The notes under the pieces are model-generated. The model worked only from the letters and a program-made list of their open reading frames with translations, made no database searches and had not been told where the DNA came from. The position numbers and the translations under genes are program-made. DNA of 64,000 bases from contig CM052817.1 of the NCBI GenBank assembly GCA_028534125.1, forward strand, positions 38,442,001-38,506,000. The letters run 5' to 3'. The stretch is from Lama glama. Its lineage: Eukaryota. This document shows positions 23,323 through 36,865 of the stretch, in pieces; position 1 is the first letter of the stretch; each line of letters begins with the position of its first letter.

Positions 23323-25121
23323 GGGGTGTCACTGGATTGAGCAGACTCAAGTGAACTGAGTGTCATTCCCTTCACCAGTCCTTAGGAATACAAATCCTTC
23401 CCTTAAGTAAAAAGAACACCAATTACTTGGCATGGAATATATCCTAAAGCCTGACTGTATTTTGAATTTGCAAGTTAAGGCCAACACAAGAAAGGTTTGT
23501 GTTACCAAAGACATTGTCTTTAAAAAGGCAAAGTCAGAAAGAATGTGGGTGGTTCCTAGCTGCTCCCTGAAGAGAATGTAAGTAGAAGCCAAAAGCCTGG
23601 TATCCAATGAATACTAAATCAGAAAAGATCAACACTGAGACTGATAGAATTCTCAAAGGTTGTGAAACATGTAAACCATTCAACACGCTAATTTTTTTTA
23701 TCCTTTGTTCTCCAAATTTACTAAAAGTAAAAACAAAAAAACTATCTCTAGTATGCCTTGATGAGAGGATAAAAGTAGGTGCATATGGCGGAATAGATTA
23801 TTATCCACTAATAATCACACTTCTTATTTATTATCTTCTGCTCTGGTGCTGCCTCTTATTCTTCTTCCTCATAACTCTAAGTTAAGAAAAAAGAGGGGCA
23901 CAGACAGATGGCCTATGCCTTAGACGGGAGCTTAGGAAAAACCTTCAGTAAGGAGTCTGTGTGAACTAAAACTTCTCAAGCCTAGTTTGCATGCCTTTTC
24001 TCGCCAACTCTTCTTCCTTGCCCCCTCAGCAACAGCTACATCACCAAGAAAACCCGATCTTTATCATTTTGAAGATTAGGCAGGTAACTTTTAAAACTTC
24101 ATTACTGGCTGATTGAATCTGAATTACATTAGCTTAAAAAAAAAAACACAGAGCATAAGCTATGCCAGTTGAAAAGGACTAGAAAGTTTTAAACAGGAAA
24201 ATTCATTTAGTAAAAAAATTAATTTAGCAATTTGAGTGTCAATGGGAACTATAACCACAAGAATGACATATTTTCCTAACCCCAAGTCCTTACAAGACTT
24301 CATTTCACATACAGTTTAAGAATTTTCACATTATAACATTAAACTCTATAAAGGTAATTTTGGGTATTATTATGTCAGTTCGGCTACTCCTCATGTTTCA
24401 GAAACTGCATTTTCTTATTATTCTTCCCATGTAATATGATAAAAGGAGATGGAGCAAGAAAAGTTGATAACCTTAAAGTAAATCATATTGGAAACTTCTC
24501 TTTTGACATTATGGTTCTGTTTATTAATATTTAATAACTTGCTTAAATATTTTATTATGATAGCCATCAAAATGACATGTGAGAATTAATTGGCACAACT
24601 AAGTTACACATTGATCATGAAACCTTTGTGATGAGAGTCAGCCACAGAGAACAGTGTTCTCCCCTCTCTGTGTATTAGAAAAGTCTGATTCTGCTTTTAT
24701 AGGAAAATGTGAGCCTAGAAAATATATCTTATGGGAGGATACATAAAAAGAGATGTGCATATACAAAATACTATACAGGGTGTCTTGATATTGAAGTGAA
24801 AACTATTAGAAAAGAATCAGGAAGGGACGTTTTGGTACTTCTTAAGTAACACTGGACAAGTTGCAAAATGGAAAACCACTTAACATGGGAACCGCCTATA
24901 CATACACAGAAAACTAAAGCAAAGAAACTCTGGACAACCCTAAGTAGCTGCCAAACTCAAACTGCTTCCTAATCTCTCCATCCATTCTTCTCTTCCCAGG
25001 GTGGATCACTTGATACTCCCTTATGGAATCAATTCCATCCCCAGTGTCTAAAACTAATTTAAGTCAGAGTTATAGCTTTACGGTTTGAGAGTGAGAATCA
25101 AATCACTTTGATGAAATACAC

Positions 25122-25571
25122 TGAGGTGGTCTTAGGGATGTGCTTCCTAGTCTTCCAACTACAGAGGGAGAAATTGGTCAAGAGTTTTAGTTGCTGTGCT
25201 TGAAACCCATTGCCACGCTGGCACCAAGAACACACTTTCCCACAAGCTCTTCTGAACCACGGACTGAGCACCGTAGGCACAGTGGGGCAGGCCCCTCTTA
25301 AGAGAAATAGGAGGCTTCTTATGGTTGACGCTGACCTGATGATTCCCAGTCTTCCAAACCTTTACTGGGTTGCATGACAATTTAAGGTGCTTCTACCGAA
25401 CCTTTTCTCCCTTTCCCCTTCAGGATCTGATTTGCATCTAACCTAATGGCTACCCCAGGCTTTTGCAGTTCCCTCTACCATTTTCTCTCACACAGCCGTT
25501 TCTTCTAATAAAATTCTTGAACCTTTAATTTTGCCTTTATGTCTGTCTCTCAGAGGTCCTGAACTAGAACA
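25122..25571 (+). mobile_element. ERVL solo LTR (LTR16-like)
   Basis: 3' end ctaataaaattcttgaacc...gtctgtctctcagaggtcctgaactagaaca is typical of the LTR16 family. Confidence 0.7.
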
Positions 25572-27318
25572 CGCTCTATAGATGTAAAAAATGAGTTCTT
25601 ACCTTTTCCTCAATTCCAATCTCCTCTCATCTATAACCCCGTGAACCCACCTCAATTCTTATAGCTGAACTTCTGTCTTAGTCCTTTTTTGTAAGCTCCT
25701 AGGTAATAATCTACTACACAATGTGCCAGTAATAACTGGGCCCTTTATGTCCAAGTACACACTTTCAAGATGCAACTGTTTGACAAATTCATCTTCAGTC
25801 TATGTATAGCTCCCTTTCCACAGAACTCTCTCTGATTATACCAGATCCTCCTGTTACAATACACCACTTCATGCAATTTCCCCGTGACCAACTGGATTGT
25901 GACTGAGATTGCTGAAACTCTTGGATAGTCTGCCTGGTCACCAAATTGATCCCCTAAGCAGTCACCTCTATGGGTTATAAACTACCTCAGTTCTTGTCCG
26001 GCTTCAGTGAGTAGCTCCAGTAGTTTTAAATCCTGCTCTATCCACGTGTCTCCCTGAATCCCAGGATAAGACAGTAGGCATTCAGTTAACATCTTAAATA
26101 AGATAGTCAGTGGCTAAATATAAAACACTTATCTAAGAAGGAACAAGTAAAAGCCCAGAGGAGAGTAAATATATCTCCTTAGAAGGAAACTTGTTCAAGG
26201 AGGAAATCAAAGTTACTGGACATGTACATTCATTGAATTGAAAACAAAATAGTTTAAGGGTCCTGAAATATACTGTACTTGAAGACAAGATTTCCTAGAT
26301 TTCTTTGTATCAATGTGTTTGTGTAAATGTAAAGTTTAGATTTACTCACCATAGAACAATTATTAAGGTAAAATAAAGCAGGAGTTAACAGCTTATAAAA
26401 TATTGGCTGGCATTACATTCTTATTACTCAATTATTGCTAAATTGAAGTGAATCTTGCTCTTGACCACATGTGAACAAAACATGACCTACTGACTGATTC
26501 TGACCCAGGGCTTGACGTTATCCAGTCCTTGGTCTCATTAAGGAAATCAATGGTGCCTTTGCCTGGGGAAAATGCCACATTATCACCAATGTAGTGTTTC
26601 TGAATCAATGACTGGTTTTCATGTTAATGATAAATAATGTTGCCCATCTGCAACAGGGTTGGGGAAGGGTAGGGAACTAATTGCTTATTGTTCAACTTCA
26701 TGAAAAGAGTCATATATCTTTGGAAGCTGTACTTTGAGAAGTAACAGTGGTGATGGTCTTAAAACCTTAGATATCCTTAAAGGGCCATTAAAGACATCCT
26801 CAGGAAAGAAAGAGACTCACAGGCTCCAGTTCCCCAACTAACATGTCACGTGTGGGCCGTGATGACCGGCTTACAACATGCCAAGTCCAAGTCGAAACAC
26901 AGAGGGGTCTACTGAAGCCTTTTATGAAAATACTGTCGCTCTATGTATAAATATCACCACATGTTCCTTTATTGTTATACTAACTGGAGTCAGGTAATGT
27001 CTGAGTAAATCTCTGGATAATTTCAAACTCATTAACACCAACTTTTAACTGGGAATGGGAATTTACCTCCACATTCAAATTCTTTTTGACGGCTCTTTAC
27101 AATACTTATTTGTTCACTATTTTCTAGGGTAGACCTTAACAACTGTCAATTTTTTTTTTTCAGGAGACAGCTTTTTTTCTCTCTAAAGAAAATTTCTTTT
27201 AGTCACAACTTTAAATAGAAGACAGCTTCCCTTTTTTCATAGTGAGCAAAGAACTAAACATTCCTGGAGTGGGGTGGTTGGTGAATGAGCACTGCTGAGA
27301 ATGAAATAATGAATACAC

Positions 27319-27356
27319 CAAAAAAAAAAAGAGAGAGAGAGAGAAAGAAAGAAAGC
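27319..27356. repeat. A-run followed by (GA)n and (GAAA)n simple repeats
   Basis: Visible in sequence. Confidence 0.9.
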
Positions 27357-27544
27357 AAAACAATCTACATTTATCTGAGTGAGTACAAAGGAATTTGGAT
27401 TTATGTGGGGAGAGAGAAAAGTCTGAAAATCAAAACCAAAGAAAAAAATCTGCTTTGAATATTTGGTAAATAAAAACTTTGCAGGCTAACTAAATATAGT
27501 ACATAATAAATTCCATCAGAGATTCAAGTTTATGGAAAAACTGT

Positions 27545-27848
27545 TACAGACCAGAGATGGCTAAGGAAACATAATGACTAAGTACAATGTGGTATCCTTG
27601 AATGGATTCTGGAAAAGAAAAAAGATGGTGCTGGAAAAACTGGTATATCCAAATAAACTCTGGAGTTTAGTTACAGTAATATACCAACTTTAATCTCTTA
27701 GTCTTGACAAACGTAACATAGTTATGTAAAATATTAACATTAGAGGAAGCTGGTTGGGTGAAGGGTGTGCTGGAACTCTCTGTACTACTTTTGTAACTTC
27801 TCTGTAAATATAAAATTATCCCAAACTGAACAGCTTATAAACAAAAAC
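27545..27848 (+). mobile_element. Old L1 3'UTR fragment (L1MB/L1MC type)
   Basis: aatgtggtatccttgaatggattctgga...ggaactctctgtactacttttgtaacttctctgtaaat. Confidence 0.8.
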
Positions 27849-28191
27849 ATAAGACTGTCAACAATTTTATTTTCACACAGGAGGCAGAGATGCTTTGAAA
27901 TCTTAACTTAGGTGATGTACAGGTGATGATCATATGCTGAGGACTTATAATCCATACATTTTGTGGCAGATCTTTTGTTTTCATTATTACTTTCTTTTTA
28001 AGCAGTATTTCCTAATTTTAAAACAAGCTTAGAGCTAAATTTAATAAAGATGGCCACTATTTCAAAGAGCCCTAATGAAAAGAGACACATATACAAGGAG
28101 ATTCTTGGCTTTCTCACCAAGCCATTTTATATTGTATAAAGAAATATAATTTTTCCAAGATGTTTGTTTTATATTAATATGCCACCCCTCT

Positions 28192-28229
28192 TTAAGAGTC
28201 TCATGCTCTACTGACTGAGCTAGCCGGGC
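28192..28229 (-). pseudogene. Tailless retropseudogene of the 5' half of tRNA-Lys(CTT)
   Basis: GCCCGGCTAGCTCAGTCaGTAGAGCATGAGACTCTTAA matches mammalian tRNA-Lys-CTT nt 1-38 with one mismatch; flanked by a 13-bp repeat (28182-28194 and 28238-28250). Confidence 0.9.
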
Positions 28230-29849
28230 ACACACAACCATCCCTCTTTATTAATGAAAAAGGCACAGCAGAAGTGTCTTAGTAAGAGTGTAAGACTATA
28301 TAAAAGTGCAAGAAGTTCCCTGAACAGAAGGAATTCTTTTATTTTTTTATGTCTCGGTTCATGTTCCAGAATAAAATGGGAGCAAGGAATTCCATCCATT
28401 AATGTGTGGCAAGAGTTTCCTCAATCACTGTTTATGAATCACAATTACACTTCATCTCAAGTACGCTTCTATGAAAGGATGGCTTTTCTTCAAAATAATA
28501 AATCACATCATCATTATACCATTTTCTTAGATTCATCTACGTTTTAAAGATGCAATTTACCATAGTGATGCTGAGAAATACTTTTTGGAAAACCATCTGT
28601 CTGTGAACATCTGAATAAGGGATCAAGGGAGGAAAATTACATTCAAAGGCACTGATCCTGCTTCTGGGAGGCTAAGACAAATAAAGCTCTCTAGAATACT
28701 GGCTTTCCATGTTCTATGGCCTCAGAATATTCTCCTTAGTCAACACTTCTGCAAATTTGGACTAGATAATAATTAGTGCATTTTCCCATTTTTATTATGC
28801 ATGACCTAATCAGCTAAATATGCAATAAGATATTCCCAACATTCATATAATTGGAGCTTGTCATCCATATGAGGTCATTTGTGTTACCACAAGGAATTAA
28901 TATATCTTCAGCCAAAGATAAATTATCTTTTAGTTAGCCTATGCAGTCTTATAATAGGAACATATGTCATGTCAGATAAACATTTTAAATTATAAATAGC
29001 TGTCCTCTGCACAATGTTATTTTTAAGGTTACCTATAGACCAAGGACAGTAGTTTGGAGGCCAGTGATTTAGGGACAGGCACTAATAAATTGCCAGAACT
29101 TGATAAATTAATAGGAGTTGCTTAAATAGTTGATATCTACTAAATATTTTTGGTTTCAGGTCTGAATACTTACATCATGACTAAAGCAAGACTGGCTTAT
29201 CGTATAGGAAAAAAAGATAAAAATACGGAGAAAGAGATAGATTGGTGAGTAAAGAGAAATGCAGAATGTATCAAAGAAGTTGGGCTCCTACATTGGGGAT
29301 GATCCTATCTCTAGATGAGAAGCCATGGTTAATGGGGAAATGGGAGGGGCTGAGAAGGGGCATGCTAGAAAACCATTGCACTACCAAAGGAAAAAACTTT
29401 GTTCAAATAGGATTCACTTGGCAAAATTTCACACTAATTTACTCTATTTCTTAAATATTGTTTTTCCAACATGTGAAAGAAATAGGGAATTGAAACAGTG
29501 ATATTTTCAAAGCAATATTTTTCTTTACAATAGTTCTTGAATTCTCAAAGGATCTTGCATTCAGTATGAACTTTGATTAGATCACAAAACCATTCTACCT
29601 AGAATAGATGTATCACCATGAAGTAAAATCAATGTTACCATGTGTGCCTATCCAAACAGCCTTCTTTCTTGTACTCAATTTTACCTTGTCCTTTAAAATA
29701 AGAAAGAGCAGAAAAATTCAGCTACAGAAAGACCTTCTCAGGAGAAATCTGGGAGCAAAATGATTGATGCCTTGAGGAAGCAACATCATGCACAGAAACA
29801 TGTCACATACATAATTGTTGACTGTGTTCAGGAAGGCTACTCAATACTA

Positions 29850-30161
29850 AACTTTTATAGTAAAGTCAGATTTTATTATTTCTATTTGTAATGATATTTT
29901 CACACCAAATCTCACAGCCTTTTGCTACAAGGGATTCAATAGCATCCTCAAGAATGATTTCAACACAACTGGGATTTTCTAACACTTGACGCTCTGGGAT
30001 CAGGAATGGTGGCTGGAAGTAAGAAACCAGACATTCGTGTAAGAGCTGTAAGATGAAGCAATGCCAGCTTAGAGCAGGCAGAATCAAGGGTACAAGATAA
30101 GGCCATAATAAATCCCCTTCATGTGCAACTTGGTATGTTCATGACCAGCAAATCCTGAAGT
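29850..30161 (-). other. Candidate terminal exon of an unidentified transcript
   Basis: Acceptor aatgttctactttag at 30162; AATAAA at 29877-29872; unique DNA; one frame runs ~98 codons with a single internal TGA. Confidence 0.3.
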
Positions 30162-32470
30162 CTAAAGTAGAACATTTGTAACAGACATCTCCTCACAGTG
30201 ATAGCAATTACCACACCTTCCCGATCCCCAAATAGCCACTGCTTTATAGCACTCGGATACAATGTGACTTAATAGGAGAAGCAATGTATTCAAAAAACCT
30301 CTAACTACAGAACAGTCCATTTAATTAGGAGGAATGAACAATTAACTCCTTGATCAGGCTCATTAGAGGATCTGATCACATATATGCCTTATAAATTCAA
30401 GTTCCTAGGGTGGGCATGGCACTGGGATTTTCCTAAGGTTTTTTTTGTTGTTCTTCTTCTTACTGAAATGCATTATGTGCCACACAGGTGCCTAAAATGG
30501 ATAAGAGATACCCAGATTACTTGTATACCCATATCTCCACTAGATATTACAGTTTGACTCAGATAGTACAAGGAATCTATCAGTTGAAGACGTCCAGATT
30601 CATAAGGGAGTTAGTTGCCCCAGCTTTTCCAAGACCTCTAGGACAACAATCATTCTGGACTTGAGGACAGAAGTACCACATCAGAAATACACCTATCAAC
30701 ATTCCACTGCCCATTTTTATAGCATTTCAGTTTCCACTGATGCATCCTAGTCTAACACTTACTGATTTATTGCTAACTAATGCTTTTTCTGACAGTTTCA
30801 TACTGACCTTTTTATTCAAATCTGCCATATTACTATGCTAAATGTGATGTGCTTAATGACACAGCAAAACCACCTTGAAATCTGTATTTCCTAAGTTCAA
30901 TTCTTTTACCACATTCCAGTCCGATATAACCATTGCTTTACAGCATTTATATACAATGTGGTTTAATAAGAGAAGCAACTTATTCAGTATCAGTCTCCAC
31001 CTACACAATAGTTAACATATGTAGGAGAAATGAATTAACACTTTCAGAGATGTTTACTTGTCCAGGCTTGTTGGAAATACAATCATGTAAGTGCCTTATA
31101 AATTCAAGTTCACTACTTTAAATTGTAACTCTTTTTCAGTTTCACAATGTATGTGATTTTATGAAGTAAAAAATTAATAATTCAAGCAACTTGAATTTGA
31201 TGTGATATTTTGTTTTAAAGATATGCATAATCAGTTTTACTGAAGCAATTTTTGAGCAAATATGTTTTCACTTCCCTTTTCATTCTTTATTCTTCTAAGT
31301 TTCTAGGTATGTGTAAAAAAACCAAGACAATGTAGATCATCATATTGTATTTTTCCTTTGGCCTTTTTATTATTTGTTTTTTGTAGGGGTACTTTCGTCT
31401 TATTATTGAAGTATAATTGACTTACAATACTATATTAGTTTCAGGTGTACAGCATAGTGATTCAATATTTTTATACATTATGAAATGATTACCATGATGT
31501 CTAGTTAACATCTGTCACTATACAAAGTTATTACAATACTACTGGCTTTATTTCCAATGTTGTACAATACATCTCCCATTATTTACTCACTGTATATCTG
31601 GAAGTTTATACCCCTTAATCCTCTTCATGTTTTTCTCCCAATACCCCTTCCCCTAAACCTCCACGAATCACCAGTTTGTTCTCAAGTAACTATAAATCTG
31701 TTTGTGTTTTGTTTTGTTAGTTCATTTGTTTTGTTTGTTCATTTGTTTTGTTTTTCAGACTCCACATATAAGTGATATCATATGGTGTTTGTCTTTCTCT
31801 GTTTGATTTATTTCACTTAGCATAATACCCTCTAGGTCCATTCACGTTGTTGCAAATGGCAAAATTTCATTTTTTTAATAATTGAGTATTATTCCATTGT
31901 ACATGTATACATCTTCTTTATCCATTCCCTTAACAATGGACATGTATGTTGCTTTCATATCTTGGCTATTTAAAAAATACTACAGTGAACACTGGAGTGA
32001 ATATACTTTTTCAAATTAGTGTTTTCTATTTCTTCAGACAAATATGTGGAAGTGGAACTGCTGGATCATACAGTAGTTCAATTTTTAATTTTTTGAGGAA
32101 TCTCCATACTATTTTCCATAGTGGCTACACCAATTTATATTCCCACCAACAGTGCACAAGGGTTAAAATGTCTATATCACCCAAAGCAATATAAAGATTC
32201 GATTAAATCCATATCAAAATACCTGTGGCATTTTTCACAGAACTACAACAAATAGTCCTAAAATTTGTATGGAACCACAAAAGGCCATGAATAGTCAAAA
32301 CAATCTTAAAAAAGAAGAATACAAACAAAACATAAATACAAAACAGAAACAGACTCATAGACATAGAATACAAACTTGTGGTTGCCAAGGGGGTGGGAGG
32401 TGGGAAGGGATAGACTGGGATTTCAAAATATAGAACAGATAAACAAGATTATACTGTATAGCACAGGGAA

Positions 32471-32970
32471 NNNNNNNNNNNNNNNNNNNNNNNNNNNNNN
32501 NNNNNNNNNNNNNNNNNNNNNNNNNNNNNNNNNNNNNNNNNNNNNNNNNNNNNNNNNNNNNNNNNNNNNNNNNNNNNNNNNNNNNNNNNNNNNNNNNNNN
32601 NNNNNNNNNNNNNNNNNNNNNNNNNNNNNNNNNNNNNNNNNNNNNNNNNNNNNNNNNNNNNNNNNNNNNNNNNNNNNNNNNNNNNNNNNNNNNNNNNNNN
32701 NNNNNNNNNNNNNNNNNNNNNNNNNNNNNNNNNNNNNNNNNNNNNNNNNNNNNNNNNNNNNNNNNNNNNNNNNNNNNNNNNNNNNNNNNNNNNNNNNNNN
32801 NNNNNNNNNNNNNNNNNNNNNNNNNNNNNNNNNNNNNNNNNNNNNNNNNNNNNNNNNNNNNNNNNNNNNNNNNNNNNNNNNNNNNNNNNNNNNNNNNNNN
32901 NNNNNNNNNNNNNNNNNNNNNNNNNNNNNNNNNNNNNNNNNNNNNNNNNNNNNNNNNNNNNNNNNNNNNN
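32471..32970. other. Assembly gap (500 N) between overlapping contig ends
   Basis: 31980-32470 is repeated at 32971-33461. Confidence 1.
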
Positions 32971-33310
32971 CTACAGTGAACACTGGAGTGAATATACTTT
33001 TTCAAATTAGTGTTTTCTATTTCTTCAGACAAATATGTGGAAGTGGAACTGCTGGATCATACAGTAGTTCAATTTTTAATTTTTTGAGGAATCTCCATAC
33101 TGTTTTCCATAGTGGCTACACCAATTTATATTCCCACCAACAGTGCACAAGGGTTAAAATGTCTATATCACCCAAAGCAATATAAAGATTCGATTAAATC
33201 CATATCAAAATACCTGTGGCATTTTTCACAGAACTACAACAAATAGTCCTAAAATTTGTATGGAACCACAAAAGGCCATGAATAGTCAAAACAATCTTTA
33301 AAAAGAAGAA

Positions 33311-33617
33311 TACAAACAAAACATAAATACAAAACAGAAACAGACTCATAGACATAGAATACAAACTTGTGGTTGCCAAGGGGGTGGGAGGTGGGAAGGG
33401 ATAGACTGGGATTTCAAAATATAGAACAGATAAACAAGATTATACTGTATAGCACAGGGAAATATATACAAGATCTTATGGTAGCTTACAGAGAAAAAAA
33501 ATGTGACAATGAATATATACATATTCATGTATAACTGAAAAACTGTGCTCTACACTGGAATTTGACACAACATTGTAAAATGATTATAAATCAATAAAAA
33601 ATGTTAAATAAAAAAAA
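33311..33617 (+). mobile_element. Young lineage-specific L1 3'UTR fragment nested in the older L1
   Basis: Same 3'UTR as 11540-11803; TSD aaaaagaagaa; host ORF2 resumes at agctggaggtatca. Confidence 0.9.
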
Positions 33618-34315
33618 GAAGAAGAAGAAGAAGAAAGCTGGAGGTATCATACGCCCTGGTTTCAAACTATACTACAAAGCTACAATAATCAGAACAGTAT
33701 GGTACTGACACAAAAACAGAAATACAGATTAATAGAACAAAATAGATAGTCTAGAAATAAACCTACATTTATATGGTCAACTAATCTACCATAGAGGAGG
33801 CAAGAATATACAATGGGAAAACAATCATCTCTTCAATAAATGATGTTGGGAACACTGGACAGCTACATGGGAAAAAAAATGAAACCATATCACTTTTTTC
33901 ACATGTATACAAAAACAAACTCAAAATGGATTAAACACTTAAATGTGAGATGTGAAACCATAAATCTCTAAGAAGAAAACACAGTCATTATGCTCTTTGA
34001 TATCTTATCTATAGACTAGTTGTTTATATGATATTTTTATTAAAAATTTGAAAGCTAACATTTCAAAAATGTCAGGAACACAATTCATAATTTCAGAATA
34101 TATATTTCTTTAAGCACAGTATTTCACTATTTTTATAAAGTAAATAAAGTAATACATGCACAGGAGAAAGTAAAACTATAACAGCACACAAATCTAGTCT
34201 CCCCACCTAAATCCCCTTCTCTGAGTCCCATTCTTTAGAAGTTCTCATTTTGGTTTTTAGCTCTTCTTGTGGTCTTACTATAAGACTAAATGAAATGTAT
34301 ATACCTCTATTTCTT

Positions 34316-34811
34316 GGTATATCAGTTGGGGTTCTTGAGAGAAACATATCCAACAGACTGACTGAATGGATAGACAGATAAATAGAGCTTTATTATAAGG
34401 AATTAGCTCACATGATTATGGACTCTAGCAAGTTCCAAAGATCTGTAAGTCAACAAGTGATAGTTTAGTTTTAATCTAAAGTCTGGCAGGCACAAGAAGT
34501 AGGATGAGCTGATGTCTCAGTTGGAGTCTAAAGGCAAAAAAAAAAAAAAATCAAACAAAAAACTCCACAATGCCTTGTTTCAAAGACAGCCAGGCACTCA
34601 GAGAGGTGTCAGCCTTTTTGCTCTAGACAGGCCTTCAACTGACTGGATGAGGCCCACCTACATTAGAGAGGGCAATCTATTTTATACTACCAAACAATTT
34701 AAGTGTTAATCACACCCAAAGACATCCTCACAGAAACACAAAGAATGATGTTTGATCAAATTTCTAGGCACTCCATTGCCAGTCAAGCTGACACATAAAA
34801 TTAACTATCAC
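34316..34811 (-). mobile_element. ERVL solo LTR (MLT2B-like)
   Basis: ttattataaggaattagctcacatgattatgg...ggccttcaactgactggatgaggcccacc...gtcaagctgacacataaaattaactatcaca. Confidence 0.9.
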
Positions 34812-35569
34812 ATTTGGTTTAGCAACTTTATCCATGTGCTTTCTTTACCATTGGGGATGATACCAATTGCCTTTACTAAGAACTAGTTCCCATTATTCCT
34901 ATTTTCCTTTCTCCTCCCCCTACTCCTCATGGCTTAGGTGTATTGGTTATATTTTTAATGTTTAGTTTTTCCACCTATTACACCTATAAAGTTACATACT
35001 TAAATTTTTTCTTGCTCTTTCAACTTTAGCTACTACGTCTTAACATCTTACTAAATACGACTCTACGCTAATCCTCTCTTCATCTCCTGATTGCCGTCAG
35101 TTTCATCATCACACATATATTGTCAAGGTTTACAAGCTTTACATCCCATTCTGTAAACATAATTAAAATTTCAGTGTTTCATTTGTAAAATTAGAACCTA
35201 AGAAACAGTATTTACAACATGATAATTATGTAATTACTATTAATTCTAAAACTAATTAATTGAATAGACCCATAAAGAAAGTACACTAAACGCCTGCTGC
35301 TAGTAGAATGTTGCACACATCAAGATCAAATGAATTCTCTCTCCCCTTACTCCTCCAAGTGCTCAAAATCACTCACAGTTTTTATTTGCAACATATTTGG
35401 AACCATGACTTTCTTGCATATTTGCTTCTTTTATTTGACTTTCAATTTGCTCCCCTTCTCTTTTGCAAGAGATATTTTTATTCACTGTATTATTAAGAAC
35501 TTCCAGTTTTTCAATCATATTGTCGATAGAGCAGATTGTATCTTATCCTTCTAAAACGTGGCCTTAAAG

Positions 35570-36865
35570 GAGCCTCTGCCTTCCTCTTCTAATTTGGACT
35601 GATTACTTTATACAACTGCCGTACATCTCTCATCCTGGGATTTCTTTTTATTATTCTCCTGGCTAGTTCTTTTGTTTCCTAGCAAATATTCTTCTCTTTT
35701 CTTGGATTTATTTTTAATCTCTTGCTCCTAGAATAATACTCAAATGGTTCCTCCCTTCCCCACCCCTGAGAAAGATTAGTTGTAGAAAGACCATCTGAAT
35801 CCCTGCAGACTGTAAAACAGAATTCTATGTGCAAAATCACATTTCATCAGAACTCTCAGTACATTAGCAATTGAAAAGAAAGAACTCTAGTATAAATCTG
35901 GTTGTCATATCTTTGTATATATATTTTCTAATTTCTGAAAGTTATAAGAATTTTTTATCTATCCCTGTTGTTGAGAAATCCCTCAGAAATATACCTAAGT
36001 GTGTTTCTTAAAATAAATTCAATCTGATTAACTTCAGAAGACACTTTCAAATTGAAGGCACATTTCTTTCTTCAGATCTAAGAAATGTCCTCATATTTCT
36101 TATTTTTATTATTCTCTTTCTTTTTTTAGATGCATATTAGACTTTCTGGAGCAATAACTGTTGTCTGTTAAATCTACCATTATATTTTCCATTTATTTAC
36201 CCTCTGAAGAATTCATTGATTTTACTTTCCAGAGTTTCTACTGAATTTTTCTTTATTTTACCAATCACATTTTTTAAATTTCCAAGAACATTTGTTAATA
36301 TCTAATGATCATTTCTCATAAAAGCTGGTTTTATTTTATGGATGCATTGCCTTCACAGATTTCTCTAAGGATATAAATTACAATTCATGTTTTTTGTTCA
36401 ACTTTTTTTACTGATTTATAATCATTTTACAATGTTGTGTCAAATTCCAGTGTAGAGCACAACTTTTCAATTATACATGAACATATATGTATTGTCATAT
36501 TCCTTTCTCTGTGAGCTACCATAAGATCTTGTATATATTTCCCTGTGCTATACAGTATAATCTTATTTATCTATTCTACAATTTTGAAATCCCAGTCTAT
36601 CTCTTCCCACCCACCACCCCCTTGGCAACCACAAGTCTGTATTCTGTGTCTATGAGTTTATTTCTGTTCTGTATTTACAATTCATGAAGTATTTTGTTTG
36701 TTTGTTTGGTTAGTGGTTGGTTGCTTGGTTTTCAGCTCCTTGCATTTCCTCTGTTTTTTTCTGGTTTCATTTTTCTGTTTTTTCATATTGGTCATACTCT
36801 TCTGTGTTGTTTGCATTTCTTAAATATTTAGTGAAACTTAGGTATTGGTTCACATGTTAAAATGA
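35570..36865 (-). mobile_element. Very old L1/HAL1-like ORF1 fragment, split by a young L1
   Basis: T-rich degenerate antisense ORF1-like tract (cagaattctatgtgcaaaatcac; cactttcaaattgaaggcacatttctttcttcag). Confidence 0.55.
36390..36674 (-). mobile_element. Young lineage-specific L1 3'UTR fragment
   Basis: Reverse complement of the 33325-33610 type; exact 12-bp TSD ttacaattcatg (36378-36389 and 36675-36686). Confidence 0.95.

Larger units (their letters stand above)
31400..34003 (-). mobile_element. Older L1 with 5' inversion: antisense 3' end, then a sense ORF2 segment from ~33154; interrupted by a gap and a younger L1
   Basis: ttattgaagtataattgacttacaatactatattagtttcaggtgtacagcatagtg...; orientation switch at cacaagggtt|aaaatgtctatatcacccaaagc. 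Confidence 0.85.
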
